Part shown: positions 1 through 10,115 of the stretch, piece by piece
Layout of the letters: each line of letters opens with the position of its first letter
Numbering within the stretch: position 1 is the first letter of the stretch
Source: Methylorubrum populi
GTDB lineage: Bacteria > Pseudomonadota > Alphaproteobacteria > Rhizobiales > Beijerinckiaceae
Assembly (NCBI GenBank): GCA_020741775.1
Contig: DYYG01000063.1
Coordinates: 24,429 to 88,428, forward strand
Reading direction: 5' to 3'
DNA: 64,000 nucleotides
Translations under genes and position numbers: made by a program
The notes under the pieces: generated by a model
Told to the model about the DNA's origin: nothing
The model's input: only the letters and a program-made list of their open reading frames with translations
Database searches by the model: none

Positions 1-1
1 C

Positions 2-430
2 CAGAACATCGACTTCCTCGGCACCGTCAACGGCAAGCTCGGCTACGCCTTCGACCGGTTCCTCGTGTACGGCACCGGCGGTCTCGCCTTCGGCTATGTC
101 GGCTACGGCGCCGACTTCTACAACCCGAACGCCACCGTCCTCCAGTATACCGGCGGCGCCCGCAAGATCTTCGAGACCGGCTACAACTACGGTGGCGGTA
201 TCGAGTACGCGATCCCGGCTGACAGCTTCCTGAGCACCTTCGCCTTCGGCAAGTGGCTCGGCATCAAGTCGGACGTGACGATCAAGGCCGAGTACATCCG
301 CTACGATCTCGGCAACCGCAACATCTTCGTCGGCCCGGTCTCGACCGTTCCCGGCTCCTACACCTCGCGCTTCAGCACCGAGGGCAGCCTCATCCGCGCC
401 GGCTTCAACTACAAGTTCAGCGGCCTCTGA
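2..430 (+). CDS. Omp25/RopB-family outer membrane beta-barrel protein, 5' end outside window
   Basis: Frame open from base 2: GTVNGKLGYAFDRFLVYGTGGLAFG...KAEYIRYDLG...RAGFNYKF, typical of Omp25/RopB porins. Confidence 0.85.
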   Translation, partial: QNIDFLGTVNGKLGYAFDRFLVYGTGGLAFGYVGYGADFYNPNATVLQYTGGARKIFETGYNYGGGIEYAIPADSFLSTFAFGKWLGIKSDVTIKAEYIRYDLGNRNIFVGPVSTVPGSYTSRFSTEGSLIRAGFNYKFSGL

Positions 431-452
431 GACGGTTCACCGTTCGAGACGT

Positions 453-487
453 AACGAGAGAGCGCCCTTCGGGGCGCTCTTTTCGTT
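453..487. terminator. Intrinsic terminator, probably bidirectional
   Basis: Stem agagcgccc (459-467) / gggcgctct (472-480), TTCG loop, T-run after and purine-rich run before, between convergent genes. Confidence 0.8.
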
Positions 488-715
488 TGTGAGATCCGGT
501 TTGGGCAATCTCATCCTGTCTTCGTAGCAGTCCTCATCGAGGCACTGCGACAGCAGCCTCGAAGTACCCCACGACTCTTCTCGCGCCGGACGAATAGCGT
601 GGGATGGATCGTTCCGGAGTGCTTCGAGGCTCGCTGCGCGAGTGCCGAGCATGAGGAGCAAGGGTATTTGCGGGAGAGCGGAGGCACTCCGCCTCTCAGC
701 TCCTCGTGACGAGGG

Positions 716-1192
716 TCAGGGGCCGCCCGCCAGGGGCTGGCCGGGATCGGAGAGCTGAATCGTCCAGTTCCGCTGCTGACCGGTATCGACCTCGATGAAC
801 CCGTTGCGGTCGAAGCCACGGGCGAGGCAATCCTCGACACCGCGGATGGTGAAGGCCGTGTCGCGGGTACACATCATCGCGCGCCCGCTCCACTCGCCGC
901 CGCGCGTATAGTCGACTGCATAGACATAGTAGAACTGCGCCGCCAGCGAGCCCCGCAGCAGGGTTTCGCAATTGCGGGGCTTCAGGTCCCACCAGCCCTC
1001 CGTCACCCAGCCCTGAGCGTCACGGTAGCCGAGTGTCACGCCGACCTTGCTGGCGGTCTGGTTGCACAGGCGCAGGTCGGCCAGAGCGGGGAAGGGGAGG
1101 AGGGTGAGCGCCGCCCCGAGGCAGAGCCGCCGGAGGATCCGGCGGCGGGAGCGGGCCTCAGCCCACGAGAATGACGCGACAATCGTTGACAT
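716..1192 (-). CDS. DUF1036-family secreted protein; start uncertain
   Basis: Signal-like segment then DLRLCNQTASKVGVTLGY...GWVTEGWW...C...FYYVYAVD...MCTRD...C..RGF; overlaps the 3' end of glycerate kinase. Confidence 0.8.
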   Translation of the reverse strand: MSTIVASFSWAEARSRRRILRRLCLGAALTLLPFPALADLRLCNQTASKVGVTLGYRDAQGWVTEGWWDLKPRNCETLLRGSLAAQFYYVYAVDYTRGGEWSGRAMMCTRDTAFTIRGVEDCLARGFDRNGFIEVDTGQQRNWTIQLSDPGQPLAGGP

Positions 1193-2471
1193 TGGTCCGA
1201 GTGGGGCCCGGCTGAACGAGATCGCCGATGGTGGCGAAGAATCGCGTCGAATCGTTGTCCGTCAGCATCGCCTGCGGGTCGAGCCCGGCAGCGCGGGCGC
1301 GGGCCAGGGTGGTCGCATCGACGAGACCGCCCGCCGGGTCGGTCGCGGCGCCGCGACCGCCATCGGTGCCATCGGTGTCGGCGGCGATGCCGGCGATGCC
1401 TTCGGCGCCGTCGAGCGCGATGGCAAGCGCCAGCGCATATTCCTGGTTCGGCCCGCCGTCACCCTCGCCGCGGATGGTGACGGTGAGTTCGCCGCCGGAA
1501 ATCAAGGCGATCCGCTTACCCTCCCGCTTCGCGTCGAGGGCGAGCCGAGCATGCTCGGCGGCAACTTCGCGAGCCTCACCTTCGAGGTCCGAGCCCAGCA
1601 TCACCGGCTCATAGCCGGCGCGGCGGGCCGCTTCGGCCGCGGCCTCGAGGGCGTCGATGGGTCGGGCGATGATGCGATACTCGGCCCGGGCGAAGGCCGG
1701 ATCGCCCGCCTTCGGCGTTTCATTGGCAGGGTCGTTCAGCAGCGCCAGGGCCGAATCGGGCAAGGCGATACCCCGGCGCTCGCAGATCGCGCGGGCATCG
1801 GCGAGGGTTGAAGGATCCGGCACGGTTGGGCCGGAGGCGATCACCGAGGGATCGTCATGCGGCACGTCGGAGATCGCCAGCGTCAGGATCGACTTGGCGT
1901 TGCGCGCCGCGACGGCGAGCCGGCCGCCCTTGATGCGCGACAGGTGCTTGCGAACGGCGTTGATTTCGTTGATCGGCGCGCCGGAGCGCAGCAGCGCCTT
2001 GGTGATGGCCTGCTTCTCGGAAAGGGTGAGAGTGCCGGCGGGCGCGATCCAGTTGGCCGATCCGCCGCCGGAGAGCAGGACCAGCACCTCATCCTCGGGG
2101 CCGGCACTGGCGGCGAGGGCGAGAGCCTCCTTCGTCGCCTCGATGCCGGCGGCGTCCGGAACCGGATGTCCCGCCTCCACCATGCGGATGCCGGGGGCGT
2201 CCTCGCCGTAGCCGTGGCGCGCGACGGCGAGGCCAACGATCCGGTCCTCCGGCACGCCGTGCTCCTGGCGGTAGAATCGGCTGGCGACGGCGGCCATGCT
2301 GCCACCCGCCTTGCCGGCACCGAGGATGATCAGGCGGCCCTGCGTCGGCGCCGGCAGATGGCCGACGAGGCACTTGCGCGGATGGGCGGCGGCGATCGCC
2401 TCGTCGAGGATCGTCGAGAGAAGGGCGCGACGCTCGGCCTGGGCCGGATCGGTCGAGACAGGGGCGGTCAT
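1158..2471 (-). CDS. gckA: Class II glycerate kinase (TtuD/MOFRL type), probable serine-cycle glycerate 2-kinase
   Basis: GAGKAG, LLSGGGSA, RKHLSRIKGGRLA, ISDVP.DD...IASGPT, SGGELTV, GGPNQE, DTDGTDG, TNVND motifs. Start trimmed to MTAPVS at 2471. Confidence 0.85.
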   Translation of the reverse strand: MTAPVSTDPAQAERRALLSTILDEAIAAAHPRKCLVGHLPAPTQGRLIILGAGKAGGSMAAVASRFYRQEHGVPEDRIVGLAVARHGYGEDAPGIRMVEAGHPVPDAAGIEATKEALALAASAGPEDEVLVLLSGGGSANWIAPAGTLTLSEKQAITKALLRSGAPINEINAVRKHLSRIKGGRLAVAARNAKSILTLAISDVPHDDPSVIASGPTVPDPSTLADARAICERRGIALPDSALALLNDPANETPKAGDPAFARAEYRIIARPIDALEAAAEAARRAGYEPVMLGSDLEGEAREVAAEHARLALDAKREGKRIALISGGELTVTIRGEGDGGPNQEYALALAIALDGAEGIAGIAADTDGTDGGRGAATDPAGGLVDATTLARARAAGLDPQAMLTDNDSTRFFATIGDLVQPGPTRTNVNDCRVILVG

Positions 2472-2665
2472 GAGCGTCCTCGCACGGTTCTTGTTTGAGC
2501 CTGTGCTTGCCCGAGCCCCGCCGCATCGGCAAGCCTTCGCCGTTTCACAAAACTTTCGTCCACCACAGCAATCTTTTTGACCCCAGCCCGTCCGCTCCGC
2601 ATGCCGAGCCTGCTCTGACGGGCAAAGCCTTTCCGATCTCGCCGTGCCGGCCCAGATAAGGCGCC

Positions 2666-3439
2666 ATGCTGTCCATCGAACCCGAGAATCAGACCCTTCC
2701 CGAACATCCCGTGGAGCGCATCGCCGGGGACCCGTCCCGCGGCCTCCTGCTGATCTGCGAGCACGCCTCGAACGCCGTGCCGGAGGATCTCGGCCGGCTC
2801 GGCGTGCCGGAGGCGGAATTCTCACGACACATCGCTTACGATATCGGCGCTGCCCCGGTCACGCGCCGGCTCGCCGCGCTGCTCGGCGTGCCGGCGGTGC
2901 TGACACAATTCTCGCGGCTCATCATCGACCCGAACCGAGGACGGCTCGACCCGACTCTGGTGATGCGGCTGTCGGACGGTGCCATCGTGCCCGGCAATGC
3001 CCGCATCGATGCGGCCGGGATCGCCGAGCGGATTCGCCGCTTCTATGTCCCCTTCGACAGAGCGGTGGACGAAGCCGTCGCCCAGGCCGAGGCGGCGGCC
3101 GGGCCGCCGATGATCCTGACCATGCACAGCTTCACCCCGTTCTGGCGCACCATCGCCCGGCCCTGGCAGGTCGGCGTGCTCTATGACCGGGACGAACGCA
3201 TGAGCCACCCGATCATCGCCGCCCTGAAGGCGGATCCGGCCGGGCTGACGGTGGGAGACAACCAGCCCTATGGCGGCGGCCTGCCTGGCGACACGATCGA
3301 CCGCCACGCCACCGCACGCGGTCTGCCCAATGCCCTGATCGAAATCCGCCAGGATCTGATCGGCGGACCGGAAGGTCAGGAGGAATGGGCCCAGCGATTC
3401 GCGCGCATCCTGAGACCGATGCTGCGCGCCTCCGCTTGA
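2666..3439 (+). CDS. N-formylglutamate amidohydrolase family protein
   Basis: CEHASNAVP, HIAYDIGA, FSRLIIDPNR, MHSFTP, IEIRQDLI motifs. Confidence 0.88.
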   Translation: MLSIEPENQTLPEHPVERIAGDPSRGLLLICEHASNAVPEDLGRLGVPEAEFSRHIAYDIGAAPVTRRLAALLGVPAVLTQFSRLIIDPNRGRLDPTLVMRLSDGAIVPGNARIDAAGIAERIRRFYVPFDRAVDEAVAQAEAAAGPPMILTMHSFTPFWRTIARPWQVGVLYDRDERMSHPIIAALKADPAGLTVGDNQPYGGGLPGDTIDRHATARGLPNALIEIRQDLIGGPEGQEEWAQRFARILRPMLRASA

Positions 3440-3498
3440 CGGAGAGGGCAGGGGGACCGACCTCTGCGGAAACCCTTCCGAGCCTCAAGGACGACGCC

Positions 3499-3807
3499 AT
3501 GACCGAGATCGACCCCGCCACGCAGACCGAGCTGGAGGCGGCGGTGTTCCGTCGTCTGGTCTCGCATCTGCGTCACCGCACCGACGTGCAGAACATCGAT
3601 CTGATGAATCTCGCCGGCTTCTGCCGCAATTGCCTGTCGAACTGGCTGAAGGACGCGGCGGACGAGCGCGGACTCGACCTCAGCAAGGATCAGAGCCGCG
3701 AGCACGTCTACGGGATGCCTTACGAGGAATGGAAGCGGCAGCACCAGACCGAGGCGACGCCGGAGCAGCAGACCCGCTTCTCCGGCGCCCAGACCGGCGG
3801 CCACTGA
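3499..3807 (+). CDS. DUF1244-family protein
   Basis: ELEAAVFRRLV.HL..RTDVQNIDLMNLAGFCRNCL...VYGMPYEEWK; AAGGA RBS before ATG 3499. Confidence 0.88.
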   Translation: MTEIDPATQTELEAAVFRRLVSHLRHRTDVQNIDLMNLAGFCRNCLSNWLKDAADERGLDLSKDQSREHVYGMPYEEWKRQHQTEATPEQQTRFSGAQTGGH

Positions 3808-4028
3808 TCCTGTCTCCGGTTGATCAGACCGGAAGCAGGATCAGAGAAACCGCGCGGCGACTGAGCGAAGCCCAAATCCGCCATCCCGAAGGGATCAAAC
3901 TGATTTGGTATGACACCGGAGGGGTGCTGCATGCCATCAACGAGCGGGTAAGGTTGATGGCGTAACCCGGCAGGTATCCGGCGTGGGGCTTGCCGTCCCA
4001 CGTCTTCCCCGCACGAAGGAGCGCCGCC

Positions 4029-4295
4029 ATGGCTGCCTCGCCTGCCCCCGCCGTCGATCCGTCCTCGGTCGCCGCCGACCAGCTCAAGAGCATCATCGAG
4101 CGCATCGAGCGCCTCGAAGAGGAGAAGGCCGGCATCGCGGGCGACATCAAGGATGTCTATGCCGAAGCCAAGGCCAACGGCTTCGACGTGAAGGTGCTGC
4201 GCAAGATCATTTCTCTGCGCAAGCGCGACCACGATGAGCGCCAGGAAGAAGAGGCGATTCTCGAACTCTATCTGCAGGCGCTCGGCATGGCGTAG
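4029..4295 (+). CDS. gapR: GapR-like nucleoid-associated protein (DUF2312/UPF0335)
   Basis: [48 protein letters not shown]...EEEAILELY; AAGGAG RBS. Confidence 0.88.
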   Translation: MAASPAPAVDPSSVAADQLKSIIERIERLEEEKAGIAGDIKDVYAEAKANGFDVKVLRKIISLRKRDHDERQEEEAILELYLQALGMA

Positions 4296-4464
4296 GGCGT
4301 CACGCCCGCGACGCGGCGCCAGTCTTCCGTAGAAAGACGACGCTCCAACAAAAGCTCCGCGTCTCGTCCTGACTGCGATGTCCGGGACGAGTGCCGGGGC
4401 CCTGAGAGAATCGCAGCAGCGGGGCTCCTTCGGGGTGCCCTCCGCTACGAGCACCCGCCCACCG

Positions 4465-5970
4465 TCAACGCGATCCGACCGGCATCTCCGTCGCGGATCC
4501 GGTGAAGCGCGAGGCGGAAAGAGCATCCGGCGCGGCTTGCGTCGAGAAATGACCCGCCGGAGCGGAAAGGGTCTGCAACGCCTCGGCGGGCGGCGCCTCG
4601 TCGGGGCGCGGGCGCGCCAGGGCGACACGGACCGGCACCGTCGCCGCAGCAGGCTCGGAGACGCCCTGAACCGCCGCGAAGAACAGGCCGCGCACCTGCT
4701 CGCGCGGATCGGCATCCGCCGGGATGAGGCGCATCTCGGCGGCGCGCGGCTCGGCCGGCTCCGCTGACGTCTCGGGATCGGCCTCCGCGACATGAGCCAT
4801 TCCGGCCAAGCCCTCTCCGTTGAGGGAGGCGAGCTGGATCGGGCGCTGCGGCGGCAGCGGAACGGTGAGGGCGGCTGCCACGACGGCAAGGTCGCCGGGT
4901 CGCTGGGGCGGCAGCGGCGCGACGACGCTCTGCTCGGCCTCGCCGGTCAACAGCTCCTTGGCCGAGGCACCGTCCCGGCGCAGACCACGGGCCCTCAGAG
5001 CTTCGGAGGCGTTCGGAGCGGCATAGGCCATCGTCTGAGCGGACCCGGTTCCATCGGTCGGGTCGGCACTCGCCAAGGCGATGCTCGGCTTGGCCCGCGC
5101 CTTCGACGGGGCCGGCGCATTGGCAAGAGCGGCCGGCGGCGCTTCCGTCGCGCCTCCACCGCCGAACAGCGAGGCGAAGAAGCCCTTCACGCCCGGCCCG
5201 TCATCGATCTCGTCGGCGCTGGCGATTGCCGTGTAGCCGAGCACCGTCCCGCCGCGGGCCAAAATCTCGGCCCGGGCCTCTTCATAGCGGGCGAGCGGCT
5301 TGCCATCGGCCGGCAGGTGGACCGTCTTGCCGTCCGGGAACAGGCGGGCGAGCTGATCGTGGGTCATGCGCGGCCAGGAGCGCACCGAGCCGACATCGAG
5401 ATGCACGAAGGGCGAGCCGGAGCGGGGATACCAGCCGACGCCGCCCCGCTGCATCCGCATGCCGATGGCGCGGATCTGGTCGATCGAGGCATCGGTCATG
5501 AAGAAATCCATGGCCTTGCCGCGCATGTGCTGGCTGGTTTCGGCCACGCCCGAGGAGCGGCGGCGCAGCATCCCGTTGGTTTTCGGGCTGCGATAGCCGC
5601 AGACGATGCGCAGCGGCTGCGTCGAGCCGGCGGAACGTTGCGCCTCCCACACCACGTCGAACAGGCGCGGGTCCATCTTCACCGACTCGTTCTCTCGCCA
5701 GTCGCGCAGGAGCCAGTTGAGCTGGTCGAGGGCGGCACGGTCGTAGCGCCCGTCACGCTTGAAGGTGACGGTCAGGCTCTCGCCCGTATGCTCGTGCACC
5801 ATGGACAGGGTGCGGGTGTCGCCATTGGCGACGGCGTCCTGGGTTTCGGCGGTGCCGGCCAATAAAATCAGAGCGGCGACGACACCGGCAACGGAGGCGA
5901 CAGGCTTCGTCCGTGGGTCGGACGGCGGCACGCGTTTCGAGGTCAGGCGGTCGCGGATCGTGCGCAGCAT
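4465..5970 (-). CDS. DUF882/YcbK (MepK-like) peptidase M15 protein with long low-complexity C-terminal extension
   Basis: LNWLLRDWR...MDPRLFD...CGYRSPKTN...S.HMRGKAMDF...GGVGWYP...FVHLDVG; downstream of a YcbB-like gene. Confidence 0.88.
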   Translation of the reverse strand: MLRTIRDRLTSKRVPPSDPRTKPVASVAGVVAALILLAGTAETQDAVANGDTRTLSMVHEHTGESLTVTFKRDGRYDRAALDQLNWLLRDWRENESVKMDPRLFDVVWEAQRSAGSTQPLRIVCGYRSPKTNGMLRRRSSGVAETSQHMRGKAMDFFMTDASIDQIRAIGMRMQRGGVGWYPRSGSPFVHLDVGSVRSWPRMTHDQLARLFPDGKTVHLPADGKPLARYEEARAEILARGGTVLGYTAIASADEIDDGPGVKGFFASLFGGGGATEAPPAALANAPAPSKARAKPSIALASADPTDGTGSAQTMAYAAPNASEALRARGLRRDGASAKELLTGEAEQSVVAPLPPQRPGDLAVVAAALTVPLPPQRPIQLASLNGEGLAGMAHVAEADPETSAEPAEPRAAEMRLIPADADPREQVRGLFFAAVQGVSEPAAATVPVRVALARPRPDEAPPAEALQTLSAPAGHFSTQAAPDALSASRFTGSATEMPVGSR

Positions 5971-6210
5971 GGTCCTACCCCTCGCGAGACGGCCCGACGT
6001 CGGCGACGTCGCGGCGGGCGCAAAGGGTTGGCCGAGGACCGGAAAGGGCGGGTCGTCGGGGCCCGTGCTGCTTGCCGTCTGTCAGGGACGGCTACGGTCC
6101 AACCGTGGCAAAAAAGTGCCTCGCAAGTGTTCGCCGGGAGCTTTGCCGCCGGCTATCCCAAAGGCAGTGTTGCTCTCGCTATCTATGCGGGAAAACGCGT
6201 GCGCGTAACC

Positions 6211-8187
6211 CTACCAGTAGCTGCGCGGCTGATACTCAACCGCCTCGGTGCCCCAGGGATTGCCGAACATGTCAGGCGCCCGGCGCGGCGCCGGCGCGCG
6301 CTCGCGGCGGACCGCCTCGCGGGTCGTCGCAGGACGGGAGGCTGGCCGTGTGGCCTCACGCTGCCCGCTCCGCTTCGCCGCCTCCGCCGCAGGACGTTTC
6401 GCACCGGTGGGCGCCCGCGCCACCGCCTCGGACCGGCTTGCGAGGCCGAGGGCGACCTTCATCGGGCCATCATAGCCGTAAAGGTCGGGAAGGGTGCGGT
6501 AGGAGCCGAGATCGTCCACCTCCGCCGTGAAGTAGGCGAGGTGAACCGGCAGCTTCTCCGGCAGGCGCAGGGTGCGCTCGCCCTTGCCGATCAGCTTCTT
6601 CAGGCGCTCTGCGGTCCAGTTCGGCAACACCGCGTCGGCGAAACGGAACGGATCGTCCACGCGGACGCAGCCATGGCTGAAGGCGCGGGCCGAGGCGGAG
6701 AACAGCGAACGGTTCGGGGTGTCGTGCAGATAGACCGCGTGCTGGTTCGGGAACATGAACTTGATGAAGCCGAGCGCATTCCGCTCGCCCGGCGGCTGGC
6801 GCAGGGAGATCGCATTGCCCCGCCGCACCACCTCGAAGCCGTTGGTGCGGCCGGAGGCCAGCATCTGCTTCAGAATTGAGGGCGGCACGTACCAGGACGG
6901 ATTGACGACCGCATATTCCATCAGTCCCGAAAAGATCGGGGTCGGGCTCGTCGGCTTGCCGACGATGACGCGGGTCTCGTCGCGCAGGGTGCCCCCGCGG
7001 AAAACCTTGAGCTTGTAGGCCGGCACGTTGACCAGAACGTAATCTGGGCCGAGATCGGCGGGCAGCCAGCGCCACCGCTCCATGTTGACGAGGAGGTCGG
7101 CTTCGCTCCCGCTCGGCTTCGGCAGGGCCGGGTCGGCCAGGGCCGCCACGGTGGCGCGGGTCAGGGTGCCGCTGGCGGGCAGGCCCCGGCTGCGCTGGAA
7201 GCCACGCACAGCCTCTGCCACCGCGCGGTCATAGGCCTCTGGCTGGCCCGGCGCGGTATCGAGCGTGCCGGCGGCGTGCGAGTCGAGGCCGAAGCGGCTC
7301 CGCAGCAACGGCACGCGGGCATCGCTCATGCCGAGCTTCAGCACCGGTCCCTCGGGCAGCTTCACGCTCGGCGTCCCCTGCGTGCGGCCGGCCCGCAGCG
7401 TCGCGAGGCGCTTCTTGAGGGCGAGATAGCCGGGCTGGCGCGGATTGTAGGATTGCAGCACGTCACCGGCCTGAGCGCCCGCCACGGCCAACCGTGTCAG
7501 CACCGTGTCGGCGGGGGGCAGGTCCAGGGTCGGGGTGATCAGTTTCGAGATCGCTGCGGGGTTGACGCGTCCGCCCCGTGCGTCGCGGGCGTAGAGGGCC
7601 AGCGCCGCCGAGAGCTTGAGGTCGGCCTCCGCGATTTCGGCGTCGGTATCGGGACGGCTGAGCTTGCCGATGGCCGGCACTGGATAGGCGTTCGGATCGA
7701 GCCCGTCCTCCCCGGCTTCGCGCAGGCGCGCGATGGCCGCGTTCGCCGCCGAGGTGAAGGCGCCGTTCTCGATCCAGACCGGTTTGAAGTCGCCGAGGGC
7801 GTAGAATGCTTGAATCGCCTCCCGATCCTTGCCCGACAGGCGCTGCAGCAGCGGTGCGGAATCGTTGAGGCGGGCATAGACCGCCGCCGATAACGGTGCA
7901 CTCGGTGCAATGCGCGCGGGGGGGGCTTCCGCCGCCGGTCCGGAGGGCGACGCCTCGGGAGCGGGTGGAGCAGGCTCCGCCGCCGTGTCGGGGGAGACCG
8001 CTTGCGGCTCCGTCGCATCGACGGCGGCGTTCCGGATCACCGATCCGGCGACCTCCTCAGCCCGAAGGGACGGCACTTGGCTGAAGGCGAGAAGCGCCGC
8101 CAGCGCAACGGACAGGGTCCGCGCGACGCCACCTCCGGCTCCCGATTCAGCGCGCATGGCGGCAACTCCCTCGATACGGCCGAGCAT
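6211..8187 (-). CDS. YcbB/LdtD-type L,D-transpeptidase with scaffold and peptidoglycan-binding domains
   Basis: NMERWRWLP, VNVPAY, VIVGKP..PTP, NPSWYVP, NALGFIKFMFPN.HAVYLHDTP, SHGCVRV. Start 8187 or 8157. Confidence 0.9.
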   Translation of the reverse strand: MLGRIEGVAAMRAESGAGGGVARTLSVALAALLAFSQVPSLRAEEVAGSVIRNAAVDATEPQAVSPDTAAEPAPPAPEASPSGPAAEAPPARIAPSAPLSAAVYARLNDSAPLLQRLSGKDREAIQAFYALGDFKPVWIENGAFTSAANAAIARLREAGEDGLDPNAYPVPAIGKLSRPDTDAEIAEADLKLSAALALYARDARGGRVNPAAISKLITPTLDLPPADTVLTRLAVAGAQAGDVLQSYNPRQPGYLALKKRLATLRAGRTQGTPSVKLPEGPVLKLGMSDARVPLLRSRFGLDSHAAGTLDTAPGQPEAYDRAVAEAVRGFQRSRGLPASGTLTRATVAALADPALPKPSGSEADLLVNMERWRWLPADLGPDYVLVNVPAYKLKVFRGGTLRDETRVIVGKPTSPTPIFSGLMEYAVVNPSWYVPPSILKQMLASGRTNGFEVVRRGNAISLRQPPGERNALGFIKFMFPNQHAVYLHDTPNRSLFSASARAFSHGCVRVDDPFRFADAVLPNWTAERLKKLIGKGERTLRLPEKLPVHLAYFTAEVDDLGSYRTLPDLYGYDGPMKVALGLASRSEAVARAPTGAKRPAAEAAKRSGQREATRPASRPATTREAVRRERAPAPRRAPDMFGNPWGTEAVEYQPRSYW

Positions 8188-8307
8188 GCCGCACCCTCGC
8201 TTAAAAATCATCGACGCAAGCACGACCGTGCGCAACCACACGGCCGCGACAAACGGCCAAGGTGAACGGTCAAGGCGAACGGCTGTAGCCGTCCGGCTGT
8301 TCCGGAC

Positions 8308-9798
8308 TCAGGCTGCGTCCTCGGAACGCTCCTCCTCGTCGAGGCCGAGCTCCTTGAGCTTGCGATAGAGGGTGGATCGGCCAATTCCGAGGCGGCGCGA
8401 CACCTCGGACATCCGGCCGCGGTAGAATTGCAGGGCGAAGCGGATCACCTCCGCCTCGATGGCCTCCATCGTCTTCATATCACCCGTGTCCTCGACGACG
8501 AGGGACATGGCATGCGGATCGCGCACTTCGACGCGGACGATCTCCCGCACCGGCTCGAGGCCACCCGCCGGCAGCGGCGCCTGCGCCGGCAGGGGCGGGA
8601 TGCGCACGTCGAAGCCCTCGACCTGGGCGGCGATCTGCGGAAATTCCGCCACCGTCAGCTCGTCGCCATCGGCGAGGACCACGGCGCGGAACAGCGCGTT
8701 CTCCAACTGGCGGACATTGCCGGGCCAGGGATAGCGGGAGAGCAACGCCATGGCCTCGGCTGTGATGCCGCGCAGGCGCTTGCCTTCCTCGGCCGCGAAG
8801 CGGGCGCAGAACGAGCGCACCAGATCCGGGATGTCCTCGCGGCGCGCCCGCAGGGGCGGCAGGGTCATGGGGAAGACGTTGAGACGGTAATAGAGGTCCT
8901 CGCGGAACTTGCCCTGCTTCACGAGGTCGAGCAGCGAGCGGTTGGTCGCCGAGATCAGGCGGATATCGACCCGGACGGCGCGCTTGCCGCCCACCGGATC
9001 GACCTCGCCCTCCTGCAGCGCCCGCAGGAGCTTCACCTGGGCGTCGAGGGGCAGTTCGCCGATCTCGTCGAGGAACAGGGTTCCGCCTGAGGCCTCGACG
9101 AACTTGCCGACATGCCGCTCGGTCGCGCCGGTGAACGCCCCCTTCTCATGACCGAACAGGGTGGATTCGACGAGGTTGTCGGGAATCGCCCCGCAATTCA
9201 CGGTGACGAACGGCTTGCCGCGCCGGTCGCCGGAACCCTGGATCGCCCGGGCCAGAACTTCCTTACCGACGCCCGATTCGCCTTCGATCAGGACGGGGAT
9301 GTTCGATTTGGCCGACCGCTCGGCGAGGCGGATCACCCGGTCCATGTCCGGGCTCTTCGAGGCGAGATCCTTGAAGCCGAGGGCGCCGGAGGCACGACGG
9401 CGCATGCGGCGCACCTCCTCCTCCAGTTGATCGACGCGCAAGGCGTTCTTGATCGAGACCTGAAGGCGCTCGGCGCCGGCCGGCTTGACCACGAAATCCA
9501 CGGCACCGGCGCGCATGGCGTTCACCACCGCGTCGATCGAACCGTTCGAGGTCTGGACGATGACCGGCGTGTCGATGCCGCCCTTGCGCATCTCCGCCAG
9601 CACCGCCAGCCCGTCCATGCCGCCGGGCATCACGAGGTCGAGCAGGACCACGTTGACGGTCTCGCCCGAGCGCAGGAGAGCGAGGCCGTCCTGACCGTTC
9701 TCCGCGACTTTCGCCTCAAAACCGAGGCGGCGCACCATCGCTTCGGCGAGCCGGCGCTGCACGGGATCGTCGTCGATGATGAGAACGGTGATCGACAT
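8308..9798 (-). CDS. tacA: NtrC-family sigma-54 response regulator, probable TacA orthologue
   Basis: Receiver (IIDDD, LLDLVMP), AAA+ (GESGVGKE, GAFTGA, LFLDEIGE), Fis HTH. The tacA name rests on recalled synteny with gapR/pepF and the upstream CtrA-like box. Confidence 0.7.
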   Translation of the reverse strand: MSITVLIIDDDPVQRRLAEAMVRRLGFEAKVAENGQDGLALLRSGETVNVVLLDLVMPGGMDGLAVLAEMRKGGIDTPVIVQTSNGSIDAVVNAMRAGAVDFVVKPAGAERLQVSIKNALRVDQLEEEVRRMRRRASGALGFKDLASKSPDMDRVIRLAERSAKSNIPVLIEGESGVGKEVLARAIQGSGDRRGKPFVTVNCGAIPDNLVESTLFGHEKGAFTGATERHVGKFVEASGGTLFLDEIGELPLDAQVKLLRALQEGEVDPVGGKRAVRVDIRLISATNRSLLDLVKQGKFREDLYYRLNVFPMTLPPLRARREDIPDLVRSFCARFAAEEGKRLRGITAEAMALLSRYPWPGNVRQLENALFRAVVLADGDELTVAEFPQIAAQVEGFDVRIPPLPAQAPLPAGGLEPVREIVRVEVRDPHAMSLVVEDTGDMKTMEAIEAEVIRFALQFYRGRMSEVSRRLGIGRSTLYRKLKELGLDEEERSEDAA

Positions 9799-9913
9799 GC
9801 GGGGTGCCTCGCTTTCGTTCGGCCCGGCCGCAAGCCGATGCGGTCCCTGCCGGGGCAGGAACGGCACATGGCGGCGGCTGTTTCGTTTCGAGGCATAGGG
9901 TCGCCCAAGAGCG

Positions 9914-9929
9914 TAAAGCGCTGCTTAAC
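9914..9929. promoter_or_regulatory. CtrA-like box upstream of the TacA-like gene
   Basis: TAAA-gcgctgc-TTAAC, one mismatch to TTAA-N7-TTAAC, about 115 bp upstream of the start. Confidence 0.5.
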
Positions 9930-10115
9930 GACGCGGCGAGATTTATCCGTTGGCGGCGTCCAAACAACCTTGCGGCTATTTTCCTGCACCGTTTCCACGC
10001 GCGGGATTGTGATGCTCGGTTGATCGTGACGCCGGACGCTCGATATCTGACCGTGGCCGCGCGGGATCTCTGACCGACGACGTTGCGGCCCGAAGCGTCG
10101 AGGACACCGCACATC

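Noticed and set aside
3808-4028. Possible small ORF or sRNA between DUF1244 and gapR
   Set aside because: No convincing start, RBS or hairpin; more simply the gapR promoter region.
6107-6121. GGCA-N6-TGCC resembling a sigma-54 promoter upstream of the ycbK-like gene
   Set aside because: GG-to-GC spacing is 9 on both strands, not the required 10.
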